A stretch of 64,000 nucleotides of DNA from an uncultured Ignavibacteriaceae bacterium (GCA_963739915.1 CAVUCF010000027.1:6017-70016), one strand, 5' to 3'; counted from the first letter of the stretch, positions 1-9,306 are shown. Program-made: numbers and translations. Notes: generated by a model not told the origin, from the letters alone.

Positions 1-947
1 TAGACGACGAGATTCTCAAATACACTCTCAGTTTCATGGATAAAGCAAAGAAAGATGGCAAGCCGTTCTTTGTTTGGCTGAACCCAACACGTATGCATAT
101 TGTTACTCATCTATCGGATAAATACGAAAGCCTGCGTAATTCTGAGAATGGCTGGTCCATACAGGAAGCAGGTATGGCACAGCTTGATGATATTGTTGGT
201 TCCGTTATGAAATACCTTAAAGATAACGGTTTCGATGACAACACCATCGTGGTGTTCACCACAGACAATGGCACTGAACTCTTTACCTGGCCTGATGGCG
301 GAACAACACCTTTCGCACAGTGTAAAGGTACCGCCATGGAAGGTGGTTTCCGTGCACCGGCTATGATTCGCTGGCCGGGACATGTTCCAGCCGGCAAAGT
401 TGAGAATGGAATTATCTCCGGAATGGATTGGTTTCCAACTTTTGTAACCGCAGCCGGAAATCCAAACATTACTACTGAACTTTTGAAGGGGAAGGAAATT
501 AATGGAACCACTTACAAAGTTCATCTTGACGGTTATGACCAAACACCAATGATTACAGGTAAGGGCCCATCCAATCGTCACGAAATATTTTATTTTGGTG
601 AAAGCTCTCTTGGTGCCGTTCGTGTTGATGATTACAAATATCAATTCATCCAACAACCGGATGGTTGGCTTGGGGCTAAAGTTCATGTTGATGTACCAAC
701 TCTTACCAACCTTCGTCTTGATCCATTTGAGCGTATGCGTTGGCCACAAAATGGTACCGCTGAAGGCTCTCAGAATTATTTTAGCTGGTTCCAGTATGAG
801 TTCTGGCGATTTGTATTCGTCCAGCAGGTTGTTGCAAAACTGGCAATGACAGGCATCGATTATCCACCAATGCAGAAAGGTGCAAGCTTTAACCTCGATG
901 CTGTAAAAGCAGAGATAGAGAAAGCAATGGAGAAACAGGGACAGTAA
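1..947 (+). CDS. sulfatase (arylsulfatase family), C-terminal part; 5' end lies left of the window
   Basis: Frame 3 is open from base 3 (DDEILKYTLSF precedes the tracked Met at 36). Sulfatase-type motifs are present: VVFTTDNG, GGFRAPAMIRWPGHVPAG, SGMDWFPT. A hairpin terminator follows. Confidence 0.8.
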   Translation, partial: DDEILKYTLSFMDKAKKDGKPFFVWLNPTRMHIVTHLSDKYESLRNSENGWSIQEAGMAQLDDIVGSVMKYLKDNGFDDNTIVVFTTDNGTELFTWPDGGTTPFAQCKGTAMEGGFRAPAMIRWPGHVPAGKVENGIISGMDWFPTFVTAAGNPNITTELLKGKEINGTTYKVHLDGYDQTPMITGKGPSNRHEIFYFGESSLGAVRVDDYKYQFIQQPDGWLGAKVHVDVPTLTNLRLDPFERMRWPQNGTAEGSQNYFSWFQYEFWRFVFVQQVVAKLAMTGIDYPPMQKGASFNLDAVKAEIEKAMEKQGQ

Positions 948-1047
948 TCGAATTGAAGTGCGTAAATAAAAAATCACTCATAAAGTTATAGACTAAGAAA
1001 TACTGTAAATATATCAGGAGAACGTTAGCAGTTAAGATTAAATAAAG

Positions 1048-1076
1048 GGCGTTGATAATAATCAGCGCCTTTTTTT
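1048..1076 (+). terminator. rho-independent terminator after the sulfatase gene
   Basis: GGCGTTGAT-AATA-ATCAGCGCC forms a 9-bp stem with one G.U pair. A T7 run follows. Confidence 0.7.
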
Positions 1077-1113
1077 ATTAATATTTGTATTCATACAAAA
1101 AAAGGATGATATA

Positions 1114-2104
1114 ATGAAAACGATATCTATTTTATTTCTCTTTCTTTTATCAATGCTGAATTGCGGGATTCAGGCAAGAGGAAATTCAGATCCTCTTCCA
1201 TCCTGGAATGAAGGACCAACTAAAGAAGCAATAATAAATTTTGTAAACGAAGTTACCACTGAGGGCAGTCCCAACTTTGTTCCAGAATATCTACGGATTG
1301 CAACTTTTGATAATGACGGTACTCTCTGGTCTGAAATGCCGTATTATTTCCAGCTTCAATTTGCTCTTGATAGAATTAAAGCAATGGCACCCGGATCACC
1401 CGGAATGGAAGACTACTCAGCCATTCAAAGCTGTTCTTGAAAATGATTTGAAGACTGTGATGGAATCCGGTATGAAAGGACTGATGGAAATAATAATGAC
1501 TACGCATGCAGGAATGACAACTCTTGAATTTGAACAGATTGTTACAGATTGGATAAATACTGCAAAGCATCCGAAAACAGGAAAACTCTACAAAGACATG
1601 GTTTTTCAGCCAATGCTTGAGCTTCTTGATTACCTTAGAGCAAATGGTTTCAAGACTTACATTGTTTCAGGAGGCGGAATTGAATTTATGAGACCATGGA
1701 CTGAACAAGTTTATGGTGTACCAGCAGAACAGGTAATCGGAAGCAGCATCAAAGTTAAATACGAGATGACAGATGCTGGTCCCGTTTTAATGAGATTGCC
1801 CGAAATTAATTTTATTGATGATAAAGATGGTAAGCCAGTTGCTATAAATCAGTATATCGGAAAAAGACCACTAGCTGCATTCGGAAATTCTGATGGCGAT
1901 CTTGAGATGCTGCAATGGACTGCTGCAGGAGATGGTAAAAGATTAATGTTGATTATTCACCACACTGACGCTGAAAGAGAATGGGCTTACGACAGAAAAT
2001 CACAAATCGGACAGCTCGACAAAGCTCTTGATGCAGCAATTCAAAATGGCTGGATTGTAGTAGATATGAAAAATGATTGGAAAGTAATTTATCCGGAGAA
2101 ATAA
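1114..2104 (+). pseudogene. secreted HAD-superfamily hydrolase/phosphatase, split by one frameshift near 1390-1393
   Basis: Signal peptide plus the HAD motif I FDNDGTLW are in ORF 1114-1440. The rest (SGGGIEFMRPW, GNSDGDLEML) is in ORF 1277-2104. Deleting one C of gcaCCCgga gives the continuous reading ...DRIKAMAPDHPEWKTTQPFKAVL. Confidence 0.8.
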
Positions 2105-2293
2105 AATTTAAAGCAATCCTTTTAACTAAAAGCCTTAAATAAAGATAGAAATTTTTTTACCAATATGGATTTTGTCAGATAATATTTCTGAACGATAATT
2201 AAGCTCTCTAACCTTGTTTTTATTTCAGAAGTTATTCTATAAGTTTAATTAAGTTATTAATTTACTTGCATATAAATAATCAAAGGAGCAAAA

Positions 2294-2836
2294 ATGAAAA
2301 AGGCTATATTGACAAAAGCATTTATAATTATTGCATTAATTACATCAAGTGCATTTGCACAGGGCTTTTACCTGGGTGCTGGCATTGGGAATACTTTTTA
2401 TAGTTCAGAAGTAGAAGATGCCGTTAACCAGGCACAAGAAATAAGCGAGAACTCAACAGCCTGGAAAGTTTTTGCAGGATATCATTTTAACAAATTTCTT
2501 GGTGTTGAAGGCGGATACAGAAGTTTCGGCAACATCAGTACTGATATCAGCACTGTTACATATGAAAGTAAAACAGCAGGCTGGGATGTTGAAGCACTTG
2601 GATTGTATCAGATTTCAATTATAGATCTTTTTGGTAAAGCCGGAGTTATGTTTTCATCTACGGATGAGTCGACTGGCGGCGAAAGCACAGATGACACCAG
2701 CACTAATTTCTTGTGGGGTCTTGGTGTCGGCGCTCACTTTGGTCCAGTCGGTGCCAGATTGGAATGGGAGTCAATCGTAGTAGATGGTCCAACTAATTTA
2801 TCAATGGTTAGCTTAAGCGGAACATTCGGATTTTAA
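2294..2836 (+). CDS. outer-membrane beta-barrel protein (OmpA-like barrel / porin family)
   Basis: Signal peptide ending AFA-QG, alternating amphipathic beta-strands rich in G/Y/F, and a C-terminal ...LSGTFGF ending in Phe. An AGGAG RBS lies upstream. Confidence 0.75.
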   Translation: MKKAILTKAFIIIALITSSAFAQGFYLGAGIGNTFYSSEVEDAVNQAQEISENSTAWKVFAGYHFNKFLGVEGGYRSFGNISTDISTVTYESKTAGWDVEALGLYQISIIDLFGKAGVMFSSTDESTGGESTDDTSTNFLWGLGVGAHFGPVGARLEWESIVVDGPTNLSMVSLSGTFGF

Positions 2837-2919
2837 TTATCACCGGTTATCGTATTGATTGCATTACATCGGGTGTCACGATCCGACCGCGAAACAAAAG
2901 TTTAGAAATTTATTAGAAA

Positions 2920-2950
2920 GGCGTTGAAGTAATTCAGCGCCTATTTGTTT
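2920..2950 (+). terminator. rho-independent terminator after the OMP gene
   Basis: GGCGTTGAA-GTAA-TTCAGCGCC hairpin followed by TATTTGTTTT. The stem sequence is nearly identical to the terminator at 1048-1076. Confidence 0.6.
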
Positions 2951-3207
2951 TAAAAGAATTTGTAATTATTGCTTTATTTTTGTTCTAAGCAATTTCAGGA
3001 TTAAATAAACACTCTCTACCTTTGCGAATGCTTAGTTGTTTTGTTATGTGACGACTCGTCCAAAGCTGCACAGTTAAAAGGAAAGCAGAAGAAAAACCAG
3101 ATGAATTTAGGTGTTTGAGAAATTATTGAATGAGTGATTTACCCGTAATTAAATTCAGAATAAAATTCTATATTTGAAAAAAAATCATAATAAATTAGGA
3201 ATACTCA

Positions 3208-3999
3208 ATGTTTGAATACTTTTTTGATCTTCCTTTAATAATTACAGGACCGGCGATTATAGGAATATTGTGTTTGTTTGCAATTGGTGGATTGTGGTTC
3301 GTCCGCCGTCACGTGCATTCTCAAATGAACATTGAAACACATGATTCTCATTTCTCCGGTGCTATGGTTCATTCGGTCATGATATTTTATGGTCTCGCTG
3401 CAGCGCTGATGGCTGTGAACGTATCAGAGACTTACACCGATGTTTCAAAAATTGTTGAGGATGAGGCTACTGCCCTGACAGTACTATATAGAGATGTAAA
3501 TGGTTATCCCGAACCAATCCGATCTGAACTACAAAAAGTACTTCATGATTACACCCAATACGTCATCAATGAAGCCTGGCCATCTCAAAGCAAAGGACAA
3601 TTGGCATTTGGTGGTGTGCAACGTATGAACCGCTTCCAGTCTATACTGTTCGTGTTCGAACCGGTGACTGAGGGACAGAAACTTCTGCATGGTGAAACCA
3701 TAAACGCCTATAACCAATTGATCAAAGCCCGTCGATTACGAATTGATGCGGTGGATACCGGTTTGCCGGCAGTAATGTGGGCAGTACTTATTTTAGGTGC
3801 CTTCATTGCCCTAACCGCTTCCTTCTTTTTCAAAGTGGAAGATGTGCGTTTGCATGGAATTCAGGTTCTGCTTTTAGCGGTATTTATCGGACTAAACATT
3901 TTTGTGATCTTAGCGCTGGATCGACCGTTTCGTGGCGACCTCGGGCTATCACCCAAACCTTATCAATTAGTTTACGATCAATTGATGAAAGTTAAATAA
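3208..3999 (+). CDS. membrane protein of unknown function (possibly DUF4239-like)
   Basis: 263 aa. One N-terminal TM helix, a second after about 50 aa, and two C-terminal TM helices flank a soluble middle region. The family assignment is from memory only. Confidence 0.6.
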   Translation: MFEYFFDLPLIITGPAIIGILCLFAIGGLWFVRRHVHSQMNIETHDSHFSGAMVHSVMIFYGLAAALMAVNVSETYTDVSKIVEDEATALTVLYRDVNGYPEPIRSELQKVLHDYTQYVINEAWPSQSKGQLAFGGVQRMNRFQSILFVFEPVTEGQKLLHGETINAYNQLIKARRLRIDAVDTGLPAVMWAVLILGAFIALTASFFFKVEDVRLHGIQVLLLAVFIGLNIFVILALDRPFRGDLGLSPKPYQLVYDQLMKVK

Positions 4000-4257
4000 A
4001 GTAACGATTGAAACATTTCCCAAAAAGAAATAATAGGTAACCTAGAAGCAACGATCTTCAATTTAACTGCCGGGATCACTTCCAGTCAGACAGGGTGACC
4101 GTCGTTTTTTTATGATAAATTCGGGCAGCTTGTTGATTTTCATACAGTTATGATATTAGAAAATATTTTTGTATCGTTAGCTAACGATAGTGCTTTATTT
4201 TATTAATTTTATCTTTTTGAGTTAATTCTTAATACATAAACAAAAAACAATATTATT

Positions 4258-4749
4258 ATGAAAACCAAAATTCTAATAGGCGCATCATTATTATGTTTAA
4301 TATCATTGCTATCCTCCTGTAATACAAATAAAACGGAATCCGTTCCAGTAGTAATTGATAAAGAACAAATAAAAAAAGAAATTCAAGCCAGGGAAAATGA
4401 ATTTGCTGAGATATACAATTCCGGAATAGCAAAATCTATTGGCTATTATGCTGATGATGCAATAACCTTTACTCAAAACAGGAAACCATTAGTAGGCAAA
4501 GCAGCAATTGTAAAATATTTGTTTGATGACTTAAGCTCATCTACTGAGTCCAATAAAATTTCGTTTACAACTAACGAAGTTTTTGTATCAAATGATGGAA
4601 ACCAGGTGGTTGAGATTGGCTATTATAAAGTAGTTGACTCTACTAATACTGCCGTTAATACAGGAAATTATATGGTTCTGTTTGAAAAACGAAACGGCAA
4701 ATATGTCAGCGTTAGGGATATGAGTGCTTCTGACATGCCACTTGAATAA
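4258..4749 (+). CDS. lipoprotein with SnoaL-like / DUF4440 (NTF2-fold) domain
   Basis: Lipobox LLSSC at residues 17-21. The pattern ...ENEFAEIYNSG...YYADDAITF...GNYMVLFEKRNGKYVSVRDM is typical of DUF4440/SnoaL-like proteins. Confidence 0.7.
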   Translation: MKTKILIGASLLCLISLLSSCNTNKTESVPVVIDKEQIKKEIQARENEFAEIYNSGIAKSIGYYADDAITFTQNRKPLVGKAAIVKYLFDDLSSSTESNKISFTTNEVFVSNDGNQVVEIGYYKVVDSTNTAVNTGNYMVLFEKRNGKYVSVRDMSASDMPLE

Positions 4750-4772
4750 AAAGACAAATAAAATGTTTTTAA

Positions 4773-4806
4773 AAGAGGTTGTCCTTTTTTAGGGTAGCCT
4801 CTTTTT
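4773..4806. terminator. bidirectional hairpin terminator between convergent genes
   Basis: AAGAGGTTGTCC-TTTTTTA-GGGTAGCCTCTT. An A-run lies on the left and a T-run on the right, so it can terminate both 4258-4749(+) and 4838-5893(-). Confidence 0.65.
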
Positions 4807-4837
4807 ATTGTATAATTTTAGAATAAAATACCGTTAA

Positions 4838-5893
4838 TTATCTTCTTCTACCACCACTTCTGGAACCGCCGCTGCCATAATTTCCACCACCCCTTGAACG
4901 GGATGATCCCATTGACTGATTAGTTGTTGGCTTCTTCGTTGTTGTCGAGGGTGCTTTTGACTTATTGTTTGAAACGTTATTCTTATTATTTGAAACGTTG
5001 TTCTTATTGTTTGAAACGTTGCTCTTGTTATTTGAAACGTTGTTCTTATTATTTGAAACGTTGTTCTTGTTATTTGAAACGTTGTTCTTGTTATTTGAAA
5101 CGTTATTCCTATTATAATTACCGTTAGCCTTATTATGGTTTACAGTATTAGAACTATTCCTGGAATTATTGTAATTATTAAAATTATTTGTATTATGAAC
5201 CACAACTGTACCGCCATATCCACCACCATGATATCCGCCATGATGATAATAATTGTTATGACGATAAACGCCAATCGCCACTACAGCAAATGCTCTGAAA
5301 TAAGGCGGAGGATATGAGTAAGTATATGGAGGATAATAGGGCACATACACAGGTGAATACACATATTGAACGATTGGAGCTGATTCGACTACTACAACAG
5401 TTGTTGACGCCGTACTATTTCCAGCCACTGGCTCGGTACCTGTATACCCGGGATTAGGAGTAACTGGGGGCTTAGGTTCAATAACATAATCTTTGCCATA
5501 CAAATCTACATCTCCCACAATTTGCATAGTAACTTTGTCATTTTTATCCTTCGATAGTAATATGACCGCAACGTCCTGTGTCTCTGTTTCCGTTACGTCA
5601 TCCTGGAGTATAAATGTAAAATCATTTTCATTTTGCTTTGTAATAACCTTAATGAAATCAACTTTTCCATCCAGATTTAAATCCAGGTTATTGATTCCAG
5701 TTTTTTCATCATTTAACGATTTTTCAAAATCTTCTATGGTCTTAGACTTTTGAAAAAGATCTAATACGGCATAAAGATCCAGGTTATCGCCTGGCAATCC
5801 TAATGATGTTGTGTCATTCTCTGTTTGAGAGAAAACAGGAGAACTTAACAAGCTCATCGATAGTACTAAAGATGCTAAAAAACTATTTTTCAT
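4838..5893 (-). CDS. secreted low-complexity protein with heptad (NNVSNNK)x7 repeat and Gly/Arg-rich tail
   Basis: Signal peptide, then a globular N-domain (DLNLDGKVDFIKV...). This is followed by a Tyr/Pro-rich stretch, an Asn-rich tandem heptad repeat and a C-terminal GGGNYGSGGSRSGGRRR tail. Confidence 0.7.
   Translation of the reverse strand: MKNSFLASLVLSMSLLSSPVFSQTENDTTSLGLPGDNLDLYAVLDLFQKSKTIEDFEKSLNDEKTGINNLDLNLDGKVDFIKVITKQNENDFTFILQDDVTETETQDVAVILLSKDKNDKVTMQIVGDVDLYGKDYVIEPKPPVTPNPGYTGTEPVAGNSTASTTVVVVESAPIVQYVYSPVYVPYYPPYTYSYPPPYFRAFAVVAIGVYRHNNYYHHGGYHGGGYGGTVVVHNTNNFNNYNNSRNSSNTVNHNKANGNYNRNNVSNNKNNVSNNKNNVSNNKNNVSNNKSNVSNNKNNVSNNKNNVSNNKSKAPSTTTKKPTTNQSMGSSRSRGGGNYGSGGSRSGGRRR
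4960..5116 (-). repeat. in-frame 21-bp tandem repeat, about 7.5 copies
   Basis: TTTGAAACGTT recurs at 4968, 4989, 5010, 5031, 5052, 5073 and 5094, an exact 21-nt period. Copies differ by 1-3 substitutions. Confidence 0.95.
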
Positions 5894-6236
5894 GGCGCTA
5901 TTGTCTTATGAATTGGTTGTCAAAGTTTACACAAAATATCATCATTAATCAACAAAATATTTTTGTCAACACATCGGTCATTCAGTATTTTTACTGTGTA
6001 ATCAGCCAATAATTATTGCTATGCCGGAACGTACTACGAAAAAGCTGATAGTGGATACACTGTTGTGGAAAAGCTTTCCGAAGGAGGAGGAGAAGTAAAG
6101 ATCGGCGATGTTAGTTATGTAAAATATGGAGAAACATATTACCAGCCAATCGTACAGGATGGTAAAAATATGTATGAAGTTGTAAATGTTGAACCTGCTA
6201 AAGATTAAATAACAAATAATTATAAAAAGTATATCT

Positions 6237-6767
6237 ATGAATAAAACTCTGATGTTTTTGAAGAAAGAAATTTTAGAACTTCTTCCTCCTACTATTTTTT
6301 TCTTTGTGGTTTTTCAGATCATTACTTTTGTAAGAGGCTTACTCGCTAAGGAATATGGAATGACTTTTTCTTCTACTACATCTGCTATTATTGGTGCACT
6401 TATAGTAGGGAAATCAATTTTATTAGTTGATGCCTTACCAATGTTAAAATGGTTTCATCAGTCAAGACTAATTTATACTATTTTATGGCGAATATTTTTT
6501 TATCTATTGATCGTAGTGCTTTTTCAATTTATAGAAGATCTAATCCCGTTGATCTCAAAATTCGAATCACTTCCACTTGCATTTGAAAATTACTTCGAAA
6601 AAATGAATTGGGATCATTATTGGGCAATTCACATAATTCTATCGTTGTTTATAATTATCTATACTTTAATTACTGCCGTCGTTGAAGCAGTTGGTCGAAA
6701 TGAATTCTTCAATATATTTTTTGGCAAGAATAATAAAACCAAAAATAAGACTATTACTAAAGATTAA
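6237..6767 (+). CDS. integral membrane protein, unknown function
   Basis: 176 aa with 4 predicted TM helices. A strong terminator follows immediately. Confidence 0.6.
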   Translation: MNKTLMFLKKEILELLPPTIFFFVVFQIITFVRGLLAKEYGMTFSSTTSAIIGALIVGKSILLVDALPMLKWFHQSRLIYTILWRIFFYLLIVVLFQFIEDLIPLISKFESLPLAFENYFEKMNWDHYWAIHIILSLFIIIYTLITAVVEAVGRNEFFNIFFGKNNKTKNKTITKD

Positions 6768-6777
6768 GTTAGTTCCC

Positions 6778-6813
6778 GGGTGTCACGGTCGGACCGTGAC
6801 ACCCTTTATTTTT
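6778..6813 (+). terminator. rho-independent terminator (perfect 13-bp palindrome arms)
   Basis: GGGTGTCACGGTC-G-GACCGTGACACCC followed by TTTATTTTT. Confidence 0.8.
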
Positions 6814-6862
6814 AATGTCAGTTCAATTGAGTTTGTAAGTAAATTTCTCTAACTCATTTCTC

Positions 6863-7354
6863 TTAGTCAAAATCAAAATTAAAGAATGGGAAAACTGGCA
6901 GGAAACCACCGCTACCAATAATATTTATTAATCCCAGCTGAAGACCTTTAAGAGTCGCTGCGTAATTTACAATGGAAAATTGAAGACCGTTGAAATGCCC
7001 GCTATGATAGTTAACCCAGGAAGTTTGTAAACCCTCAAAATTTCCTCCGGAAATATTTATGAATGCTGACTGCCAACCTGTAAAGCCGCCATCGGTCACA
7101 TTAACGCCGCCCCACTGAACACCGACTTCTTTCCCAGTTGTTACATTTACCAGGCCTAAATCAAATCCTGTAACATTTGCATTTTTTGAATAGATAAGAT
7201 TTAATCTCACACCACTAATCGATTCATTATTTGGTACAATCTGAATGGGGTCGAAAAGTGCTAGCTGGAATGGGCTGCCTTGCGAAAGTATTGTTGAGTT
7301 GAAGCTTAAAAAGAGTGCTAAGAACAGAAAAGTGGATTTAAGAGCTCGTTGCAT
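6863..7354 (-). CDS. secreted repeat protein, unknown function (G-x-Q/N-x-G-x-x-N type repeats)
   Basis: Signal peptide, then repeated units GFDLGLVNV / GVQWGGVNV / GLQTSWVNY / GLQFSIVNY / GLQLGLINI. Confidence 0.6.
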   Translation of the reverse strand: MQRALKSTFLFLALFLSFNSTILSQGSPFQLALFDPIQIVPNNESISGVRLNLIYSKNANVTGFDLGLVNVTTGKEVGVQWGGVNVTDGGFTGWQSAFINISGGNFEGLQTSWVNYHSGHFNGLQFSIVNYAATLKGLQLGLINIIGSGGFLPVFPFFNFDFD

Positions 7355-7418
7355 TTTTGTATCCTTTCTGAAAAAAAGAGTTTGTGTTTACGACGTAAAA
7401 TTAATATTTTTTTATTAA

Positions 7419-7892
7419 TTATAAATCATTCAGCAATTTAAATCTTACTCTTAGCACCCCTTCATTAAAATCAGTGGAAATAATTTTAAAAGTTCCTATC
7501 TCATTTGTATTCGAAACATGCAATCCGCTGCATGGACAGGCATCATATTCGCCAATCTTAATTACCCTTATTTTAGTACCGGCATCTTCCGGCAATTTTG
7601 AAAGATTAAATTTCACTTCTGCATCTTCTATGGAATAGAATTCTTCACTTACAGCTAAATCTTGTCCAATAACCTTGTTTACTTTTAATTCTATTTCTTC
7701 AATCTCTGCCTGTGTTAAATCCCTGCTAAGGTGATAATCGCATTTAGATTTTTTCTTTTCAATATGATTTGTAAATGATCTTCCGCAGTTAAACATTCGT
7801 ACCATTGTCTGGTTCAATATATGTTCTGCCGAATGCATCTGTGGATGGTATTGTTTGTTTGATTTAATTTCCTGATTATTTTCTATTTCCAT
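7419..7892 (-). CDS. alanyl-tRNA editing protein, AlaX-S type (tRNA_SAD domain)
   Basis: 157 aa. It carries the zinc motifs HxxxH (HSAEHIL) and CxxxH (CSGLHV) of the Ala/Thr-tRNA synthetase second additional domain. Confidence 0.8.
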   Translation of the reverse strand: MEIENNQEIKSNKQYHPQMHSAEHILNQTMVRMFNCGRSFTNHIEKKKSKCDYHLSRDLTQAEIEEIELKVNKVIGQDLAVSEEFYSIEDAEVKFNLSKLPEDAGTKIRVIKIGEYDACPCSGLHVSNTNEIGTFKIISTDFNEGVLRVRFKLLNDL

Positions 7893-7999
7893 AACAGTCC
7901 ATAATACGACTTTGAATAGTTTTTCCTTTTAGGTTAAAAATTGATATACTAGTAACTCAAATCGGGCGTAAAAATACAAAAATAGAATGGAATAAATTT

Positions 8000-8956
8000 A
8001 TGAAGAGCAAGAGGTCTGGCATTTACTTTTTTATACTTGGTGCGTTAGCGATAGTAACCATAATTATTCTTGTTATCACACTTCAACTAAACGGCAAAAT
8101 AACCACGGCAGGCGAAACTGCTGATGAAGATTTTCCTCAAGGATATAAAATAACTTCACCTGAAATTCCCAATTATCTTGAATTTGCGGGTGAAAAAATT
8201 CCAACTGAAAACTTTGAAGTTTTCGAGAGAATGGAAAGAGAATTTCTTTCGAACACTTACTGGCACTCGGCTACTGTCCTTGCCATCAAAAGAGCTAACA
8301 GGTGGTTTCCTGTTATTGAACCTATACTTAAAAAGAATAACATCCCTGATGATTTTAAATATCTGGCTGTCGCTGAAAGTAATCTGGATAATGTCGTCTC
8401 CCCTGCTGGTGCAACAGGATTCTGGCAATTTATGGAAGGAACTGGAATAAAATATGGATTAGAAATAAACAACCAGATAGATGAAAGATACCAAGTAGAA
8501 AAATCAACCGAAGCTGCTTGCAAATATTTGAAAGATTCATATGAAATGTTTGGGAACTGGACTCTATCTGCGGCATCATACAATATGGGTCAGGATGGAA
8601 TAAAGTTGCAGATGGAAAGACAAAAAGTAAAAAATTATTTCAATCTTGTAATTAATTCGGAGACCTCAAGATTCGTTGCCAGGATTGTTTCTCTTAAATA
8701 CATTCTTCAATATCCTGAGAGATATGGGTTTGATATTAAAGAAGAACAAAAATATAAGCCACTTGAGTATTATGAAGTAAACCTGGATAGCTCAGTTGCA
8801 GATTTTGCTGACTATGCAAAAAGCCTGGGTGTAAATTATTTCATCTTGAAGATGTACAATCCGTGGCTTCGTGAAAACTACCTAAGCAACAAAACCAAAC
8901 AAGTTTATACAATTAAACTTCCGAAAGAAGGAAGTATAGAAATTCTAAAGGACTAA
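8000..8956 (+). CDS. membrane-anchored lytic transglycosylase (SLT domain)
   Basis: N-terminal TM anchor and the family-1 SLT motifs AVAESNLD...SPAGATGFWQFM...AASYNMG. Confidence 0.8.
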   Translation: MKSKRSGIYFFILGALAIVTIIILVITLQLNGKITTAGETADEDFPQGYKITSPEIPNYLEFAGEKIPTENFEVFERMEREFLSNTYWHSATVLAIKRANRWFPVIEPILKKNNIPDDFKYLAVAESNLDNVVSPAGATGFWQFMEGTGIKYGLEINNQIDERYQVEKSTEAACKYLKDSYEMFGNWTLSAASYNMGQDGIKLQMERQKVKNYFNLVINSETSRFVARIVSLKYILQYPERYGFDIKEEQKYKPLEYYEVNLDSSVADFADYAKSLGVNYFILKMYNPWLRENYLSNKTKQVYTIKLPKEGSIEILKD

Positions 8957-8997
8957 TGGAGAATTGCTGATTCTAATTAGTGAAATTAAAAAACAGT

Positions 8998-9306
8998 TTA
9001 TTTAGGTTCCCAGTCAACTCCATCGCAAGGAACATAATTTTCTGTTGGGTGTTTATCATATTTGATACAAAGAACTGCAGACCGATCAAAACTTTTGCAG
9101 CTTGTGCAAAGAGAAGATTCTATAACTTTTTTATTGCGTTCCTCAAACCATCTGTAACTTACCATCGCAGGATGAATAATAAGCACATAAACAGCAGCAA
9201 TACTTATTATCCACCAAAGCTGTTCATCAACCTGAGATTTTATTACCCATAAACCAGTGATGGTAACCGCAGCACGCATTATTGTCCAGAAAACCACTTC
9301 GCCCAT
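8998..9306 (-). CDS. small membrane protein with Cys-rich C-terminus, unknown function
   Basis: 102 aa with two TM helices followed by CTSC...C...C. Preferred over the overlapping + strand ORF 8980-9252, which looks like low-complexity noise. Confidence 0.45.
   Translation of the reverse strand: MGEVVFWTIMRAAVTITGLWVIKSQVDEQLWWIISIAAVYVLIIHPAMVSYRWFEERNKKVIESSLCTSCKSFDRSAVLCIKYDKHPTENYVPCDGVDWEPK

Noticed and set aside
107-977. Long antisense ORFs (107-511 and 111-977, minus strand) overlapping the sulfatase gene. Many similar shadow ORFs appear in the track, for example 8156-8583, 11162-12181, 33560-34471 and 43546-44458.
   Set aside because: Their translations are low-complexity or Cys/Ser/Leu-rich with no motifs. 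The opposite strand carries a clearly conserved protein. They are typical shadow ORFs of an AT-rich genome.
4924-5127. ORF encoding a repetitive CLKRCSYYLKR peptide; the periodic repeat might suggest a CRISPR-like array.
   Set aside because: It is the antisense reading of the 21-bp tandem repeat inside the minus-strand gene 4838-5893. The units are contiguous with no spacers, so it is not a CRISPR array.
8980-9252. Plus-strand 90-aa ORF overlapping the minus-strand ORF 8998-9306.
   Set aside because: Its translation is Phe/Ile/Asn/Arg-rich with no TM or domain logic. The minus-strand product has two clean TM helices and a Cys motif.
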